DNA of 64,000 bases. Source: Escherichia coli. GTDB taxonomy: Bacteria > Pseudomonadota > Gammaproteobacteria > Enterobacterales > Enterobacteriaceae. The stretch lies in NCBI RefSeq assembly GCF_030013205.1, contig NZ_CP122648.1; one strand, 5' to 3'. Shown piece by piece: positions 39,401-49,149 of this stretch. The notes under the pieces were generated by a model. The model ran no database searches and was not told the DNA's origin. It saw only the letters and a program-made list of their open reading frames with translations. The position numbers were made by a program, and so were the translations under genes. Each line of letters starts with the position of its first letter. Within the stretch, counting starts at the first letter, position 1.

Positions 39401-42021
39401 TGCCAGTCGTACCAACAGTATCCGGACGTCAGGTTGAGAGCCGTGGAGTTCAGTCAGCAGGCTTGCAGACGTTTTCTCAGCCAGGTATTGGTGATGCTTT
39501 TGTTCGGGCAGGGACAGAGGCAATTGATGTTCTGGGTCAGGCAAAACAGCGCGCCAATATTGCCTTGATTCAGGAGGCATCCCTTAAACTCAGTCAGACA
39601 GGCAGTGATCTGCTGAATAATCCTGAAACAGGATTGCTTAACCTGAAAGGGAAAAATGCTATTGGAAAAGGTCAGGAGTATACGCAGCAGTTTGATGCCC
39701 AGGTCGAGCAACTGGCTATGTTGCTGCCGGATGAACAGGCTCGTAATGCTTTCATGCAGCAGGCGCAGCAGCAGCGCATTCAGTTCACTACGCAGGCCGG
39801 GAGGTACGAAATAGGACAGGTTCGCCAGTATGAGGCGGATATGCAGGATGCGACACTAAAAAACCTATCGATGCAGTTCCGTAACCCGACAATGGCAAAC
39901 CAGGCAGGATTGAAGGCATATCATAGCATCATCGCTTACGGCGAAGCCCACGGCCAGAGTCAGGAAGAGATCGAACAGAACTGGGTTTCGTGGCGCGAGA
40001 ATGCCGCGAACGGTGCGGCGGAGGCGTGGTATGTGCCGATGTATCAACAGATGATGGGTCCGAACGGCAAGATTGAGGTAACCGATACACCGAGTGAGGC
40101 GCAGTTATTCTCTGCAATAATCTGGCAGGAGAGTGGCGGAAATCAGTACGGAAAGGACGGAACACCTCTGGTGTCGCCAAAAGGCGCTGTTGGCGTAGCG
40201 CAGGTGACGGAAGATACTGGCCCCGAAGCTGCCCGCCTTGCTGGCGTGCCGTGGGACCGCGATAAATGGTTGAATGACCCGCGCTATAATGCCCGCTTGG
40301 GGCAAGCTTATTTCGGCGCGCAGATGAAGAAATACGACAATAACCCGGTTCTGGCAGTAGCTGCCTATAACGCTGGCCCAGGAAAGGTTGACGGCTGGAT
40401 TAAACAGATTGGCGACCCGCGCACAGGCGAAGTCAGTAACGCCCAGTTTGCCGCAGCTATCCCATACGACGAGACGCGCAATTATGTGGCAAAAGTAACT
40501 GGCAGTGCTGGAGCTATTCCTGGATCTGCGACGATGGAAAACCTCATCGCACAGCCATTCTGGAACGCCATGAGTCCGGACAAAAAGTCGCAGATGATGA
40601 GCAAGGTTGCTGGCATGTACGACATGCAGGCTTCAGCCGGTCGCGTTGCGCTACAGAGTCGAATGCAGGACGACCTATCCAAAATTGAGGCCGGTAAGCA
40701 GGTGACGCCTATTTCAGCGCACGAATGGGCCGCCGTTATGCCGCTTCAGGCAGCGCCTGCCGAGCGCCTGCAGATGGAAAAAACCTTCCAGCAATACCAG
40801 CAGGCAATGACGCTACAACCTGTTTATCAGACCATTATGCAGGGCAACGTCCAGCAGGGTACCGCCGCCGTGCAGGCAATGGCACCGCAGGAAAACGCCC
40901 CTGACTTTAAATACAAAGCAGAGCTTTATGCATCGGCAAAGGTCAAGCTTGGGCAGGTACTGAAGGCGCGGGAAGCGGATCCGGGGGCATGGCTGCAACA
41001 AAACTCTCCGGTTGTGCAGGCTGCATTCCAGCAGTACCTGAATGACCCTTCATCTGGTGAATACCTAGTTTCCCGCATACAGTCTGAAAAAGACCGCCTG
41101 GGGATAATGAGCAAAAAAGTTTTACCGGAGTCCATGGTCAATGATGTACTGCAGCGTATTGACAACACGCAGGAATCTAGCGTTAAGGCCATTCAGTCGG
41201 TGGCGCAGTCGTTCGGCAAATACTCGGATCAGGTGATGCGGCAGGTGCAAAATAAAGCATTCCCAGCTTTAAAGGTTGTAATGTCTACAGAAAACCAACG
41301 GGCAGCAGATGCGTTGTGGCAAATACGGAATGTACCTACTTCTGATTTGAGATCTGGTTTGGATAAAAACCAGGCAGACAGTGCAGACTCATCGTGGACA
41401 GATCAATTTAAAGATTTTTCTTCAACTCTTATTCCTCAGAGAAATGGTGCTGAAAACTGGACTATTTATAACGAGCAGGGAAAACGCTTGACCTACAACT
41501 ACATGCAGCGCGGAATGTCGGCGTCTGATGCAGCAAAACAGGCGTATCAGGACCTTCTCGGCGAGCAGTACCAGACCAATGGCACTTGGCGGCTACCTAA
41601 TCGTGCAGGGGTAGATATTCGTGACGTTAACGATGGTGCCAATGCGTATCTGAAAAACCTGTCAGCAGATCAGATTATGCCGCTTATTGGTGACCCAAGG
41701 CTACCTGATGAGGTCAACCGTGAGCAGAGTATCTCCCGCATTCGTGATAATGCGCAGTGGGTTACCAACAGCGACGAAACAGGACTTACCCTGATGCTCA
41801 ACGGGCTGATCGTCAACGGTGCCGACGGCAACCCGATTACGGTGACGTTCAACGATCTGGCGAAACTGGGAACAACCAACCGATCAGTATGGAACCGCAT
41901 TACCAAGTTCATTGATACTCCGGTGAAATATACTCCCGGACAGTCTAAGGAATACAGCGCAGAAAGTCAGCGCGACAACCTGATTAACATTTTCCAGAAC
42001 GGCCAGCAATCAGGACGATAA
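39400..42021 (+). CDS. internal virion/ejection protein with lytic transglycosylase (SLT) domain
   Basis: Start moved to ATG 39400 (GGAGG upstream), giving 873 aa. SLT motifs IIWQESGGNQ...GAVGVAQV...AAYNAGPGKV. Confidence 0.8.
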   Translation: MPVVPTVSGRQVESRGVQSAGLQTFSQPGIGDAFVRAGTEAIDVLGQAKQRANIALIQEASLKLSQTGSDLLNNPETGLLNLKGKNAIGKGQEYTQQFDAQVEQLAMLLPDEQARNAFMQQAQQQRIQFTTQAGRYEIGQVRQYEADMQDATLKNLSMQFRNPTMANQAGLKAYHSIIAYGEAHGQSQEEIEQNWVSWRENAANGAAEAWYVPMYQQMMGPNGKIEVTDTPSEAQLFSAIIWQESGGNQYGKDGTPLVSPKGAVGVAQVTEDTGPEAARLAGVPWDRDKWLNDPRYNARLGQAYFGAQMKKYDNNPVLAVAAYNAGPGKVDGWIKQIGDPRTGEVSNAQFAAAIPYDETRNYVAKVTGSAGAIPGSATMENLIAQPFWNAMSPDKKSQMMSKVAGMYDMQASAGRVALQSRMQDDLSKIEAGKQVTPISAHEWAAVMPLQAAPAERLQMEKTFQQYQQAMTLQPVYQTIMQGNVQQGTAAVQAMAPQENAPDFKYKAELYASAKVKLGQVLKAREADPGAWLQQNSPVVQAAFQQYLNDPSSGEYLVSRIQSEKDRLGIMSKKVLPESMVNDVLQRIDNTQESSVKAIQSVAQSFGKYSDQVMRQVQNKAFPALKVVMSTENQRAADALWQIRNVPTSDLRSGLDKNQADSADSSWTDQFKDFSSTLIPQRNGAENWTIYNEQGKRLTYNYMQRGMSASDAAKQAYQDLLGEQYQTNGTWRLPNRAGVDIRDVNDGANAYLKNLSADQIMPLIGDPRLPDEVNREQSISRIRDNAQWVTNSDETGLTLMLNGLIVNGADGNPITVTFNDLAKLGTTNRSVWNRITKFIDTPVKYTPGQSKEYSAESQRDNLINIFQNGQQSGR

Positions 42022-42022
42022 C

Positions 42023-43720
42023 ATGCCAATTTACACAGATGATCCGGGACAGGGAATTAACCAGCCAATTGGCAACGCGCCAGCAGGGCTTGGCGAATCG
42101 CTGCTTTCTTCCCTTAAGCAGGGATTTGAAGAGGGGCCGGTCATGTCCGGCTACCGTTTTGCGCAGGCCGACTCGCTGGCGAATGACCCAAACTCTACAG
42201 TTATCAGTAAGCAGGAAGCGGATGAGCTCCTGAAGCAGTACGGCGTAAAGAGCATAAACGTGCCAGATTCTGGCGTTACGCAGGCTTTTCTCGATCATGT
42301 TATTGCCGAACGCAAAGATTCTCTGGCACGCCAGCAGATCGCGATGTCGGCACCGAGCGGGTGGGTAGCCACGCCGCTTAATTTCGCAGCCAGCCTAGCT
42401 GGTTCAATGGCAGATCCTGGTAACGTGGCGCTGGCGCTGGTTCCGTTCGCTGGAGAAGCAAAGGCGGCTTCTGTGCTTGGCCGATTTGGCGAGCGATTTG
42501 TTGCTGGTGCACGCATGGGGGCAGCGCAGGCGTTGGTGACCGTGCCGCTTACCGGGCTGGCAGCGGCGGCGGAAGGTGACGACTTCACCTATAGCAACGC
42601 GTTGGAAAGTACTTTCTTTAACACGATGGCTGGCGGTCTAATGCATGCCGGCGGCGGCCTTATCGCCGATATCGTGCGACCGCGTCGCGTTCCCGATGCT
42701 GCAACGGGAGAGTCCCCGGCGTTTTCTGGCGATGCGCAGCCAACCCCGGTGATAACGCCTGACAACATTCCGGCGGGCGTGAATATCCCTGAGGTTGGCG
42801 CTAACGCAGATCTGGCGGCGGCCATTTCCAGTGAAGCGGAGAGCTACGCATACAGCCGGGCTTATGACGACGTGGTTCCTGACTATATGGCGCGCCAGCA
42901 GGAGTTACAGAGCGGGCAGATCGGTAACGTTGCCGACCTGCGTGCCGAGCTTGCGGCTAATCAACGTCATGCTGACTCGCTTGATGCGACGCTGCAGCAG
43001 CGCACCAAAAAGTATCAGGGGCAGCGGATGAAGTTTAAGGATGCGCGCTCTAGGGCACTGAAAGAGATTCAGGCCGAGAAAGACGCCATCGCTGCACGCA
43101 ATCAGGAGATCAACACATCGCTGGAGCAGAACGCGACAGCAGAGCAGGCGCGCTGGCGCCAGTCTCAGATTTCCCGCGGCGAGATCCCCGACGACCTGAA
43201 AGTCACCATTTCCGAGCGTGCGCAGCAGATCCTGGACGGCATGCAGATGTCTCCGGTCGCTGGCGCAGTTCGCACTGCCGCAAGCGCCATCAGGGATGCT
43301 GACTGGAGCGTGAACCAGCAGGCGTATCGCGCTGCGCTGGCACACATGATGGAAGGACGTATCCCAGATGTTGAGCCCTTCTATGAACTGCACAAACCGG
43401 CACTGCGTGAACGCGCCATCCATCGCATACAGAACCCGGCACGGCAGGTTGATGAAACGGCTCGCCCAGCAAGCGAAACAGCCGATCGGGTTTATCAAGA
43501 AACGCAAAAGGCAGATCATGAAATTACCGCTGCCGCTGCAGACCTTGATAACGAGCTCAACCTGAGTAACGCACTGCTTGACGATATCGCTGTCGATAAC
43601 CCTGATCTTGCGACCACGTTGCGCCAGAAACTCAATGATATTCGTGCCGACGCCAGCGACAATAGCATGAGCAACGCTTTCCGGGCATTTGCCGCCTGTA
43701 TGATTAACCGGGGGATGTGA
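42023..43720 (+). CDS. internal virion/ejection protein
   Basis: 565-aa intact ORF, tightly packed between two other large virion ORFs, with a coiled-coil-rich C-terminal half. Confidence 0.65.
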   Translation: MPIYTDDPGQGINQPIGNAPAGLGESLLSSLKQGFEEGPVMSGYRFAQADSLANDPNSTVISKQEADELLKQYGVKSINVPDSGVTQAFLDHVIAERKDSLARQQIAMSAPSGWVATPLNFAASLAGSMADPGNVALALVPFAGEAKAASVLGRFGERFVAGARMGAAQALVTVPLTGLAAAAEGDDFTYSNALESTFFNTMAGGLMHAGGGLIADIVRPRRVPDAATGESPAFSGDAQPTPVITPDNIPAGVNIPEVGANADLAAAISSEAESYAYSRAYDDVVPDYMARQQELQSGQIGNVADLRAELAANQRHADSLDATLQQRTKKYQGQRMKFKDARSRALKEIQAEKDAIAARNQEINTSLEQNATAEQARWRQSQISRGEIPDDLKVTISERAQQILDGMQMSPVAGAVRTAASAIRDADWSVNQQAYRAALAHMMEGRIPDVEPFYELHKPALRERAIHRIQNPARQVDETARPASETADRVYQETQKADHEITAAAADLDNELNLSNALLDDIAVDNPDLATTLRQKLNDIRADASDNSMSNAFRAFAACMINRGM

Positions 43721-46269
43721 TGGCAGCAAACGAATTTTTGACGCAGTGCGAGCGCAGTGTAAATGCTGCCGCTGGTCGCGAGCTTTCTTCCGATGAGATG
43801 GAGTCGCTGGTGCGTGACATGAACGACACCACTAGGCGAATTCTGGCGACCAATGAGGCGCTGTCTCTGGAAGAGGCCGCGATGCGCGCAGCGGAAGAAC
43901 TGAGCAATGCCGATATGCTGGCAAAACAGATTGAGGCTCGCAATAAGGCAATCAACACCCGTATTGCCGCACAACGACTTAGAGAGCTTCGTACTATCTG
44001 GAAAGACCGCCCGGATATCGGGCTTGAAGCAATGCTGGTTGGCCGCAACGATGCGCGTACCGGCGCCCGCCGGTCGGTATCTTCGGAGGTGGCGCAACTG
44101 CGCGGCAAGTATCATTCCGGTATCAACTACGATTTTGACCGTGCCGGGCTGGTGCAATTCATCGCCAGCGGCAGCAATGACAGGGAAATTGCCGATGCAA
44201 TGTGGCGCATAGGGCGCGGGCAGTCAACTGACGGTATGACAAAGCAATCCGTAAGCGCTGCACAAATCATCATGAAATGGCAGGAAACTGCGCGCATTGA
44301 TGAGAACCGCGCCGGGGCATGGATACGCAAAGAGCCGGGCTATATAGTGCGCCAGTCACACGACATCATGAAGATCCGCGCCGCAGGTTATGAAGCATGG
44401 CGAAATGCTATTCTCCCGCGCCTTGATGAGCGCACTTTTGACGGCGTGGCTGACCGCGAGCAGTTCATGCGTAACATTTATAACGGGCTGGCTTCCGGCG
44501 TGCATCTTACATCTGAAAAGCCAGATTGGATGAATGGCTTTAAGGGATCGGCGAACGCAGCTAAACGCGCCAGCCAAGAGCGAATTTTGCACTTCAAAGA
44601 TGGTATCTCGTGGCACGAGTACAACCAGCAATTCGGCACCGGCAGCCTGCGAGAGGCGCTGTTTGGTGGCTTAAACAGCGCTGCCCGCACAACGGGCATG
44701 ATGCGCGTACTGGGCACTAACCCACAGAACATGTTTAAGTACCTGACGGACACCATTGCTGAAGATATCAGCAAATCCGGAAGACCGGCAGCGTTGGCTG
44801 ACTACATGACGAAGGTGCGTCGCATTAACCGTACCGTAATGCCGCAGGTTGACGGCTCGCTAAATATTCCTGGCAGCGTAGGCTGGGCCAATGCGTCGGC
44901 GGCTGTACGCGGCTGGTTGCGTATGAGCCAGCTTGGTGGCGCGGTAATCTCATCGTTTAACGACGTGCCTATCGCCGCTACCGAGATGCGCTACCAAGGG
45001 CAGAATTTTATGCAGGCGTTGCTTGGTGCTATGAGAGGCCGCTTCACGCGTTACAACAGCGCGGAGCAGAAAGAGATCCTTTCCTCTATCGGAGTTTATT
45101 CCGACTCCATGACGCAGGAAATCATCCGGCGCATATCTGGTGATGACACGCTGAATGGAAAACTTGGTCGCGCGCAGCAGCTTTTCTTTAAGTACAACCT
45201 CATGAACTTCTGGACCGAGAGCGGTCGTAACAGCAACGCCATGATGATAACCAACTGGCTTGCAAAGAATGCTGACCAGTCTCATGCGCGGCTACCGGAA
45301 GACCTGCGACGCGTGCTGGATCTGCACGGTATTGGCGAACGTGAGTGGGAAATTTTTCGTAACATGGACATGGCCGATAGCGAAGGTCGTAAGTTCATGA
45401 CGACCAGCGGCATGCGCGGCGTGCCTGACGAAGTGATTGCCGGTTATGTAGAGAGTAAGGGGATCAAACCAACGCAGCGCGCTATCGCTGACGCACGCGA
45501 TCAATTGGAAGGGCAGTTGCGCGGCTACATCCTTGACCGCCTGAATATCGCCATGTCAGAGCCTGGCGATCGCACGCAGGCGTTTATGAAGATGGGCACG
45601 GTGCCAGGAACGGTGGCTGGGGAAGCAATACGATTCGCTGGTCAATACAAATCGTTCACTGCAAGCTTCATGCAGAACGTACTAGGACGCGAAGTATTCG
45701 GGCGTGGTTATATTCCTGCTGGGCTTGGTGAGTCGAAAACCGGATCGCTGACGAATGCGCTGCTACGTAACGGGAAGGGGGCTTTCCTTGGTGCTGCAAA
45801 CCTCTTTGTCTGGGCGACTATGTTTGGTTATATCTCCATGCAGTCAAAACTCATGCTGAAAGGGCAAACACCACGCCCGGCAGATGCCAAGACGTTTCTC
45901 GCAGCCGCATCTCAGGGGGGCGGTCTTGGCATCTTGGGTGACTTCATGTTTGGCGAGGTCAACCGCATGGGGGCCGGGCCGGTTACGTCGCTAATGGGGC
46001 CAGCAGCATCGAACGCTGACAGCATTATCACGCTGCTCCAGCAGACCACGAGAGGGGATGCAGATTTGGGTGACTGGTATCGCACGGCACTTGACAATAC
46101 GCCATTCCTCAACGTGTTCTGGCTTCGTACGGCGATGAATGGTTTAATATTGAACCGGATACAAGATGCCCTTGACCCAGGCTCTCTTGAGCGTTATCAG
46201 CGCCGTGTTGAGCGTGAGCAGGGTAACGACTTTTTGATCCCACCATCGCAGTTCATGCTAGGTAAATAA
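43717..46269 (+). CDS. internal virion/ejection protein (largest)
   Basis: 850-aa intact ORF whose start overlaps the upstream stop. Hydrophobic segments near the C-terminus (AFLGAANLFVWATMFGYISM). Confidence 0.65.
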   Translation: MMAANEFLTQCERSVNAAAGRELSSDEMESLVRDMNDTTRRILATNEALSLEEAAMRAAEELSNADMLAKQIEARNKAINTRIAAQRLRELRTIWKDRPDIGLEAMLVGRNDARTGARRSVSSEVAQLRGKYHSGINYDFDRAGLVQFIASGSNDREIADAMWRIGRGQSTDGMTKQSVSAAQIIMKWQETARIDENRAGAWIRKEPGYIVRQSHDIMKIRAAGYEAWRNAILPRLDERTFDGVADREQFMRNIYNGLASGVHLTSEKPDWMNGFKGSANAAKRASQERILHFKDGISWHEYNQQFGTGSLREALFGGLNSAARTTGMMRVLGTNPQNMFKYLTDTIAEDISKSGRPAALADYMTKVRRINRTVMPQVDGSLNIPGSVGWANASAAVRGWLRMSQLGGAVISSFNDVPIAATEMRYQGQNFMQALLGAMRGRFTRYNSAEQKEILSSIGVYSDSMTQEIIRRISGDDTLNGKLGRAQQLFFKYNLMNFWTESGRNSNAMMITNWLAKNADQSHARLPEDLRRVLDLHGIGEREWEIFRNMDMADSEGRKFMTTSGMRGVPDEVIAGYVESKGIKPTQRAIADARDQLEGQLRGYILDRLNIAMSEPGDRTQAFMKMGTVPGTVAGEAIRFAGQYKSFTASFMQNVLGREVFGRGYIPAGLGESKTGSLTNALLRNGKGAFLGAANLFVWATMFGYISMQSKLMLKGQTPRPADAKTFLAAASQGGGLGILGDFMFGEVNRMGAGPVTSLMGPAASNADSIITLLQQTTRGDADLGDWYRTALDNTPFLNVFWLRTAMNGLILNRIQDALDPGSLERYQRRVEREQGNDFLIPPSQFMLGK

Positions 46270-46271
46270 TA

Positions 46272-46832
46272 ATGAAGGCAATTATATTTTTTGTTTCAAT
46301 ATTGATGTCTGCATTTTCTTTTGCAGGGCAAAATGTTAAATGCGAACTTCAATACTTTGGAGATAGCGATAAATTTAAGGTAACTCAGTTTTCTTTTATG
46401 GGGATTCCATCTGATTCATACCTTTATACCTGTGCCGACTGTGGAGGCATCCAGATAAACGTGTTCCCATCTATTCAGACTGTTGCTTCCTACTCATTTG
46501 AAAACAACATTGATTTCGAAAGGAAAATCAATGCTGAATACAACAGAAAAGACATAGCTAAACTTGAGATGGAAAACGTTACTCAAGGCGGGAGAATAAA
46601 ATATTCAATCACCGATACTGGTTTGGCAGAGTTTTACCCAGAGGGCAAAAAGATAAGCTACCTCTACTTTTTAGCCAAGCAACAAAATGGTAAAGAACAA
46701 GTAGGTTATTCAGGATTTGTTACCTCTAACGGGGATAAGTCATGCTCAATTATTGCGACATATCCAGGAAAAGAAATTTCTTTTCTGGGAAGTAAATCTT
46801 TAAGCTACTTTATGAATCATATATCAATGTAG
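46272..46832 (+). CDS. secreted/periplasmic protein, unknown function (accessory gene)
   Basis: 186 aa with signal peptide MKAIIFFVSILMSAFSFA-GQ. Visibly AT-rich compared with the upstream virion genes. It starts 2 nt after the preceding stop. Confidence 0.65.
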   Translation: MKAIIFFVSILMSAFSFAGQNVKCELQYFGDSDKFKVTQFSFMGIPSDSYLYTCADCGGIQINVFPSIQTVASYSFENNIDFERKINAEYNRKDIAKLEMENVTQGGRIKYSITDTGLAEFYPEGKKISYLYFLAKQQNGKEQVGYSGFVTSNGDKSCSIIATYPGKEISFLGSKSLSYFMNHISM

Positions 46833-46845
46833 CGTGACATGTCAC

Positions 46846-46870
46846 AGGCCGCTTTCGCGGCCTTGTTTTT
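46846..46870. terminator. terminator after the 186-aa gene
   Basis: AGGCCGC-TTTC-GCGGCCT followed by TGTTTTT. Confidence 0.8.
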
Positions 46871-47030
46871 AACGAATGCCACCGCCACCCGGGCGGGAAT
46901 CCGCAGAACGCCCACCGCAGCGGGAGCCGTCAGCGGCAGTATCGCTGTCGTGCTGACAACGACCGGCAAAGGCCTGAGTTGAAGCTACCAGAGACAACAA
47001 AACGAACAGTGCAGCAAATGCTTTTTTCAT
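46869..47030 (-). CDS. small secreted Gly/Arg-rich peptide (53 aa)
   Basis: Start placed at ATG 47030. Signal peptide MKKAFAALFVLLSLVASTQAFA, then GRCQHDSDTAADGSRCGGRSADSRPGGGGIR (2 Cys). The Shine-Dalgarno is weak. Confidence 0.5.
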   Translation of the reverse strand: MKKAFAALFVLLSLVASTQAFAGRCQHDSDTAADGSRCGGRSADSRPGGGGIR

Positions 47031-47043
47031 TGTGAAGTTTCCA

Positions 47044-47071
47044 TCTATAAGCCACCTCAATGTGGCGTCAA
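47044..47071 (-). promoter_or_regulatory. candidate sigma70 promoter for the small-peptide gene
   Basis: Minus strand reads TTGACG, 16 nt, TATAGA. The predicted leader is very short. Confidence 0.4.
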
Positions 47072-47100
47072 TGAGTGTAGCACTGGCTTTTGTTTCGTCC

Positions 47101-47124
47101 ACAAAAAAAGCCCGCAGCGCGGGC
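47101..47124 (-). terminator. intrinsic terminator of the 69-aa/288-aa operon
   Basis: Minus strand reads GCCCGC-GCT-GCGGGC followed by TTTTTTTGT. The stem overlaps the stop codon. Confidence 0.8.
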
Positions 47125-47990
47125 TATTCTTTTTTGCTATTTCTTTGATATATATTTCTTCCATTTTTGGTAACACGAATAACGTGCCCCCTGGATTCTA
47201 CTTTGTTATTTGTTGCTTTATATACTTCAAAATCAAACCATGATATATAACTTATTTCGTCAATAGACACCATGATCTCAAGTCCTGGCACTTTCTTTCT
47301 GCTAATTCCTCTTATTGCTGCAGTCCGCTTGACCTGTATTTCTCCTGGATAAGCATTAGTGAATGTGACAGATAAGTTGTCTTTGTTCCTGTATCCTGAC
47401 ATTAAAGGAACAAAAGATATGTGCTGATGCGGACCCTGATTTTCCGTTGGTTCACCAGAACCATTTATTATTCCAACATACACTTTGTTTGATGATAAAG
47501 TAATCAGCATTGGTCGTTTAGGATCCGATTCAATAGCATCAAGCAATAGTAAGTCTAAAGAACCTTGCGAGTAAGTTTTTCGCAGTACTCTGGCCTTCAT
47601 TGCCTCTGTTTTTTGCTCGTAAATATCACGTTTATAAAAACAACCAAGAAGAAAATCTTTCACCCACACAACAGACACATAACACAAAGAGAAGCAAATG
47701 GATGTGGCTGAGAGAAGAAGCAGCCACATGTAAATTCTATCTGTTTCTGGTTTTGATGTTACATTAAAAGTTTCCACCATATCGTGAACTAGGTGAAAAT
47801 CAGGCCATTTATATTTTATAGCGGCTGCAATTATTACTGATGCAACAAGGCAATATGTACCTAGTGCCGCTACTTTCATATAAAGAAGCTGGCCTTCGTG
47901 TCGGTATAAACGGAAATAATGATACTGGTTAGCGGTTATCATAATATAACCGCTAACCAGGATTGGGATAATTAGAAGAGCTAGCAACAC
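47124..47990 (-). CDS. membrane protein with ~170-aa C-terminal soluble domain, unknown function
   Basis: 288 aa with a GTG start preceded by AAGGAAG. Three or four N-terminal TM segments (LLALLIIPILVSGYIMI, VAALGTYCLVASVIIAAAI, IYMWLLLLSATSICFSLCYVSVVWV), then a soluble domain (...PMLITLSSNKVYVGIINGSGEP...SFVPLMSGYRNKD...). AT-rich. Confidence 0.7.
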   Translation of the reverse strand: MLLALLIIPILVSGYIMITANQYHYFRLYRHEGQLLYMKVAALGTYCLVASVIIAAAIKYKWPDFHLVHDMVETFNVTSKPETDRIYMWLLLLSATSICFSLCYVSVVWVKDFLLGCFYKRDIYEQKTEAMKARVLRKTYSQGSLDLLLLDAIESDPKRPMLITLSSNKVYVGIINGSGEPTENQGPHQHISFVPLMSGYRNKDNLSVTFTNAYPGEIQVKRTAAIRGISRKKVPGLEIMVSIDEISYISWFDFEVYKATNNKVESRGHVIRVTKNGRNIYQRNSKKE

Positions 47991-48199
47991 TACTTCCTTA
48001 CAGTGGCAAGATCCTGTTTAACAATTGCAGCAGCGAGACGACGCATCTCCTTAACCTCAGGAAGCTCAGAAATTTGCTGTGATGAGATATATACTCCACC
48101 ACGCTTGTTAACCTGCGCTGACGCCGGAACTTCTGCATTTTTTGCCTGAGGGCTGGGTGCATTATCCCTCGTTTTTGTACGAGCGAACCAAAATCCCAT
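47990..48199 (-). CDS. 69-aa protein, unknown function (first gene of the two-gene operon)
   Basis: ATG with a GGAGGA Shine-Dalgarno. Its stop TAG overlaps the GTG of the 288-aa gene (TAGTG). Confidence 0.6.
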   Translation of the reverse strand: MGFWFARTKTRDNAPSPQAKNAEVPASAQVNKRGGVYISSQQISELPEVKEMRRLAAAIVKQDLATVRK

Positions 48200-48225
48200 A
48201 TATCCTCCTCATGTAAACACATGGT

Positions 48226-48240
48226 TTACCTTTAAGGTAA
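48226..48240. promoter_or_regulatory. phage palindrome site I (TTACC-TTTAA-GGTAA)
   Basis: Perfect half-sites, 27 nt upstream of the 48199 start. On the gene strand the -10-like TAATAT abuts the site (TAATATTACC). Confidence 0.65.
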
Positions 48241-48270
48241 TATTACGCGAATCTACATCACATCGCCAAT

Positions 48271-48298
48271 GATTATTTTAAAGGCACATCCCTGTGCC
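48271..48298 (-). terminator. terminator after the BRO-N gene
   Basis: Minus strand reads GGCACA-GGGA-TGTGCC followed by TTTAAAATAAT. Confidence 0.55.
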
Positions 48299-48306
48299 GC
48301 CGCTCG

Positions 48307-48999
48307 TCAGAAGAACCCTGCCTTGTCGTTGATGTACTCCGCGTGCGTCTGGATATCACGCAGGCATTTGCTCACACCGACGATGTAGCAGAACATGGTG
48401 GTCAACTCCGCCGCCGCGCCCGATACGTCGTGCCCGTCTTCCTGTAACTGGTTCAGCAGATTCATCAGCAGTGAGTTCTCCGTCAGGCCGAGAACACCAG
48501 ACGGAGAATGAATCAGGCTGCGGTAGCCGGGCTTCAGCGGGGCACTGTAGGTTTTGTTCTCTATCTTCATTGCCTGCATCACTGCTGATGCTGTGGCGTT
48601 GGCTACCTGGTCGGCAACCATCTTTATGCGTTCTTCCTGCGGGAGCGAGTTTTTAATGTAACTTCCGGTGCGGCGGATCTGAGGAAGAACCTCACCTGTA
48701 ACCCATTCAAGAAATCTGAATGCTCTCGTTCCCTCAGTCATTGCCTCTTTGCAACGCAGAATAAGGATGTAGAGACCTGATTCTGAAACGATGGATAGTT
48801 CTTGTATTCCACCAGGGGTCTGTATTGAATACAGCCCCTTTTTGTTCCAGCCTTTTTTATCAAGTTTTCTCGCTTGTGTAACATCAATATTCAAAGCATT
48901 GCACACATCTTTGGTGACAAACCAAGGTTCTCCGTCAATCATGAACATACGGATCTGGCAGGATGACTCAAAGGAAAAGATGGAAGGTTTGGTATTCAT
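48307..48999 (-). CDS. BRO-N domain protein (antirepressor-like) with uncharacterised C-terminal domain
   Basis: Start placed at ATG 48999 (MNTKPSIFSFESSCQIRMFMIDGEPWFVTKDVCNALNI...), 230 aa. The N-terminus is a typical Bro-N/KilA-N-type DNA-binding domain. The C-terminal 72 aa are paralogous to the 85-aa ORF at 50145-50402. Confidence 0.75.
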   Translation of the reverse strand: MNTKPSIFSFESSCQIRMFMIDGEPWFVTKDVCNALNIDVTQARKLDKKGWNKKGLYSIQTPGGIQELSIVSESGLYILILRCKEAMTEGTRAFRFLEWVTGEVLPQIRRTGSYIKNSLPQEERIKMVADQVANATASAVMQAMKIENKTYSAPLKPGYRSLIHSPSGVLGLTENSLLMNLLNQLQEDGHDVSGAAAELTTMFCYIVGVSKCLRDIQTHAEYINDKAGFF

Positions 49000-49149
49000 G
49001 GCGATCACCTTTGTAGTTAGGTTAATCACCACCGCTGAGACCAATCAGATGGTGGTGAACTGTGCAGAGTTGGTCTTACCGGCTACAAAGGAACCCGGCG
49101 CACCTTTCGGTGCCCCCACACAGCCCACCATAGAATAGGTGCGCTTTAC

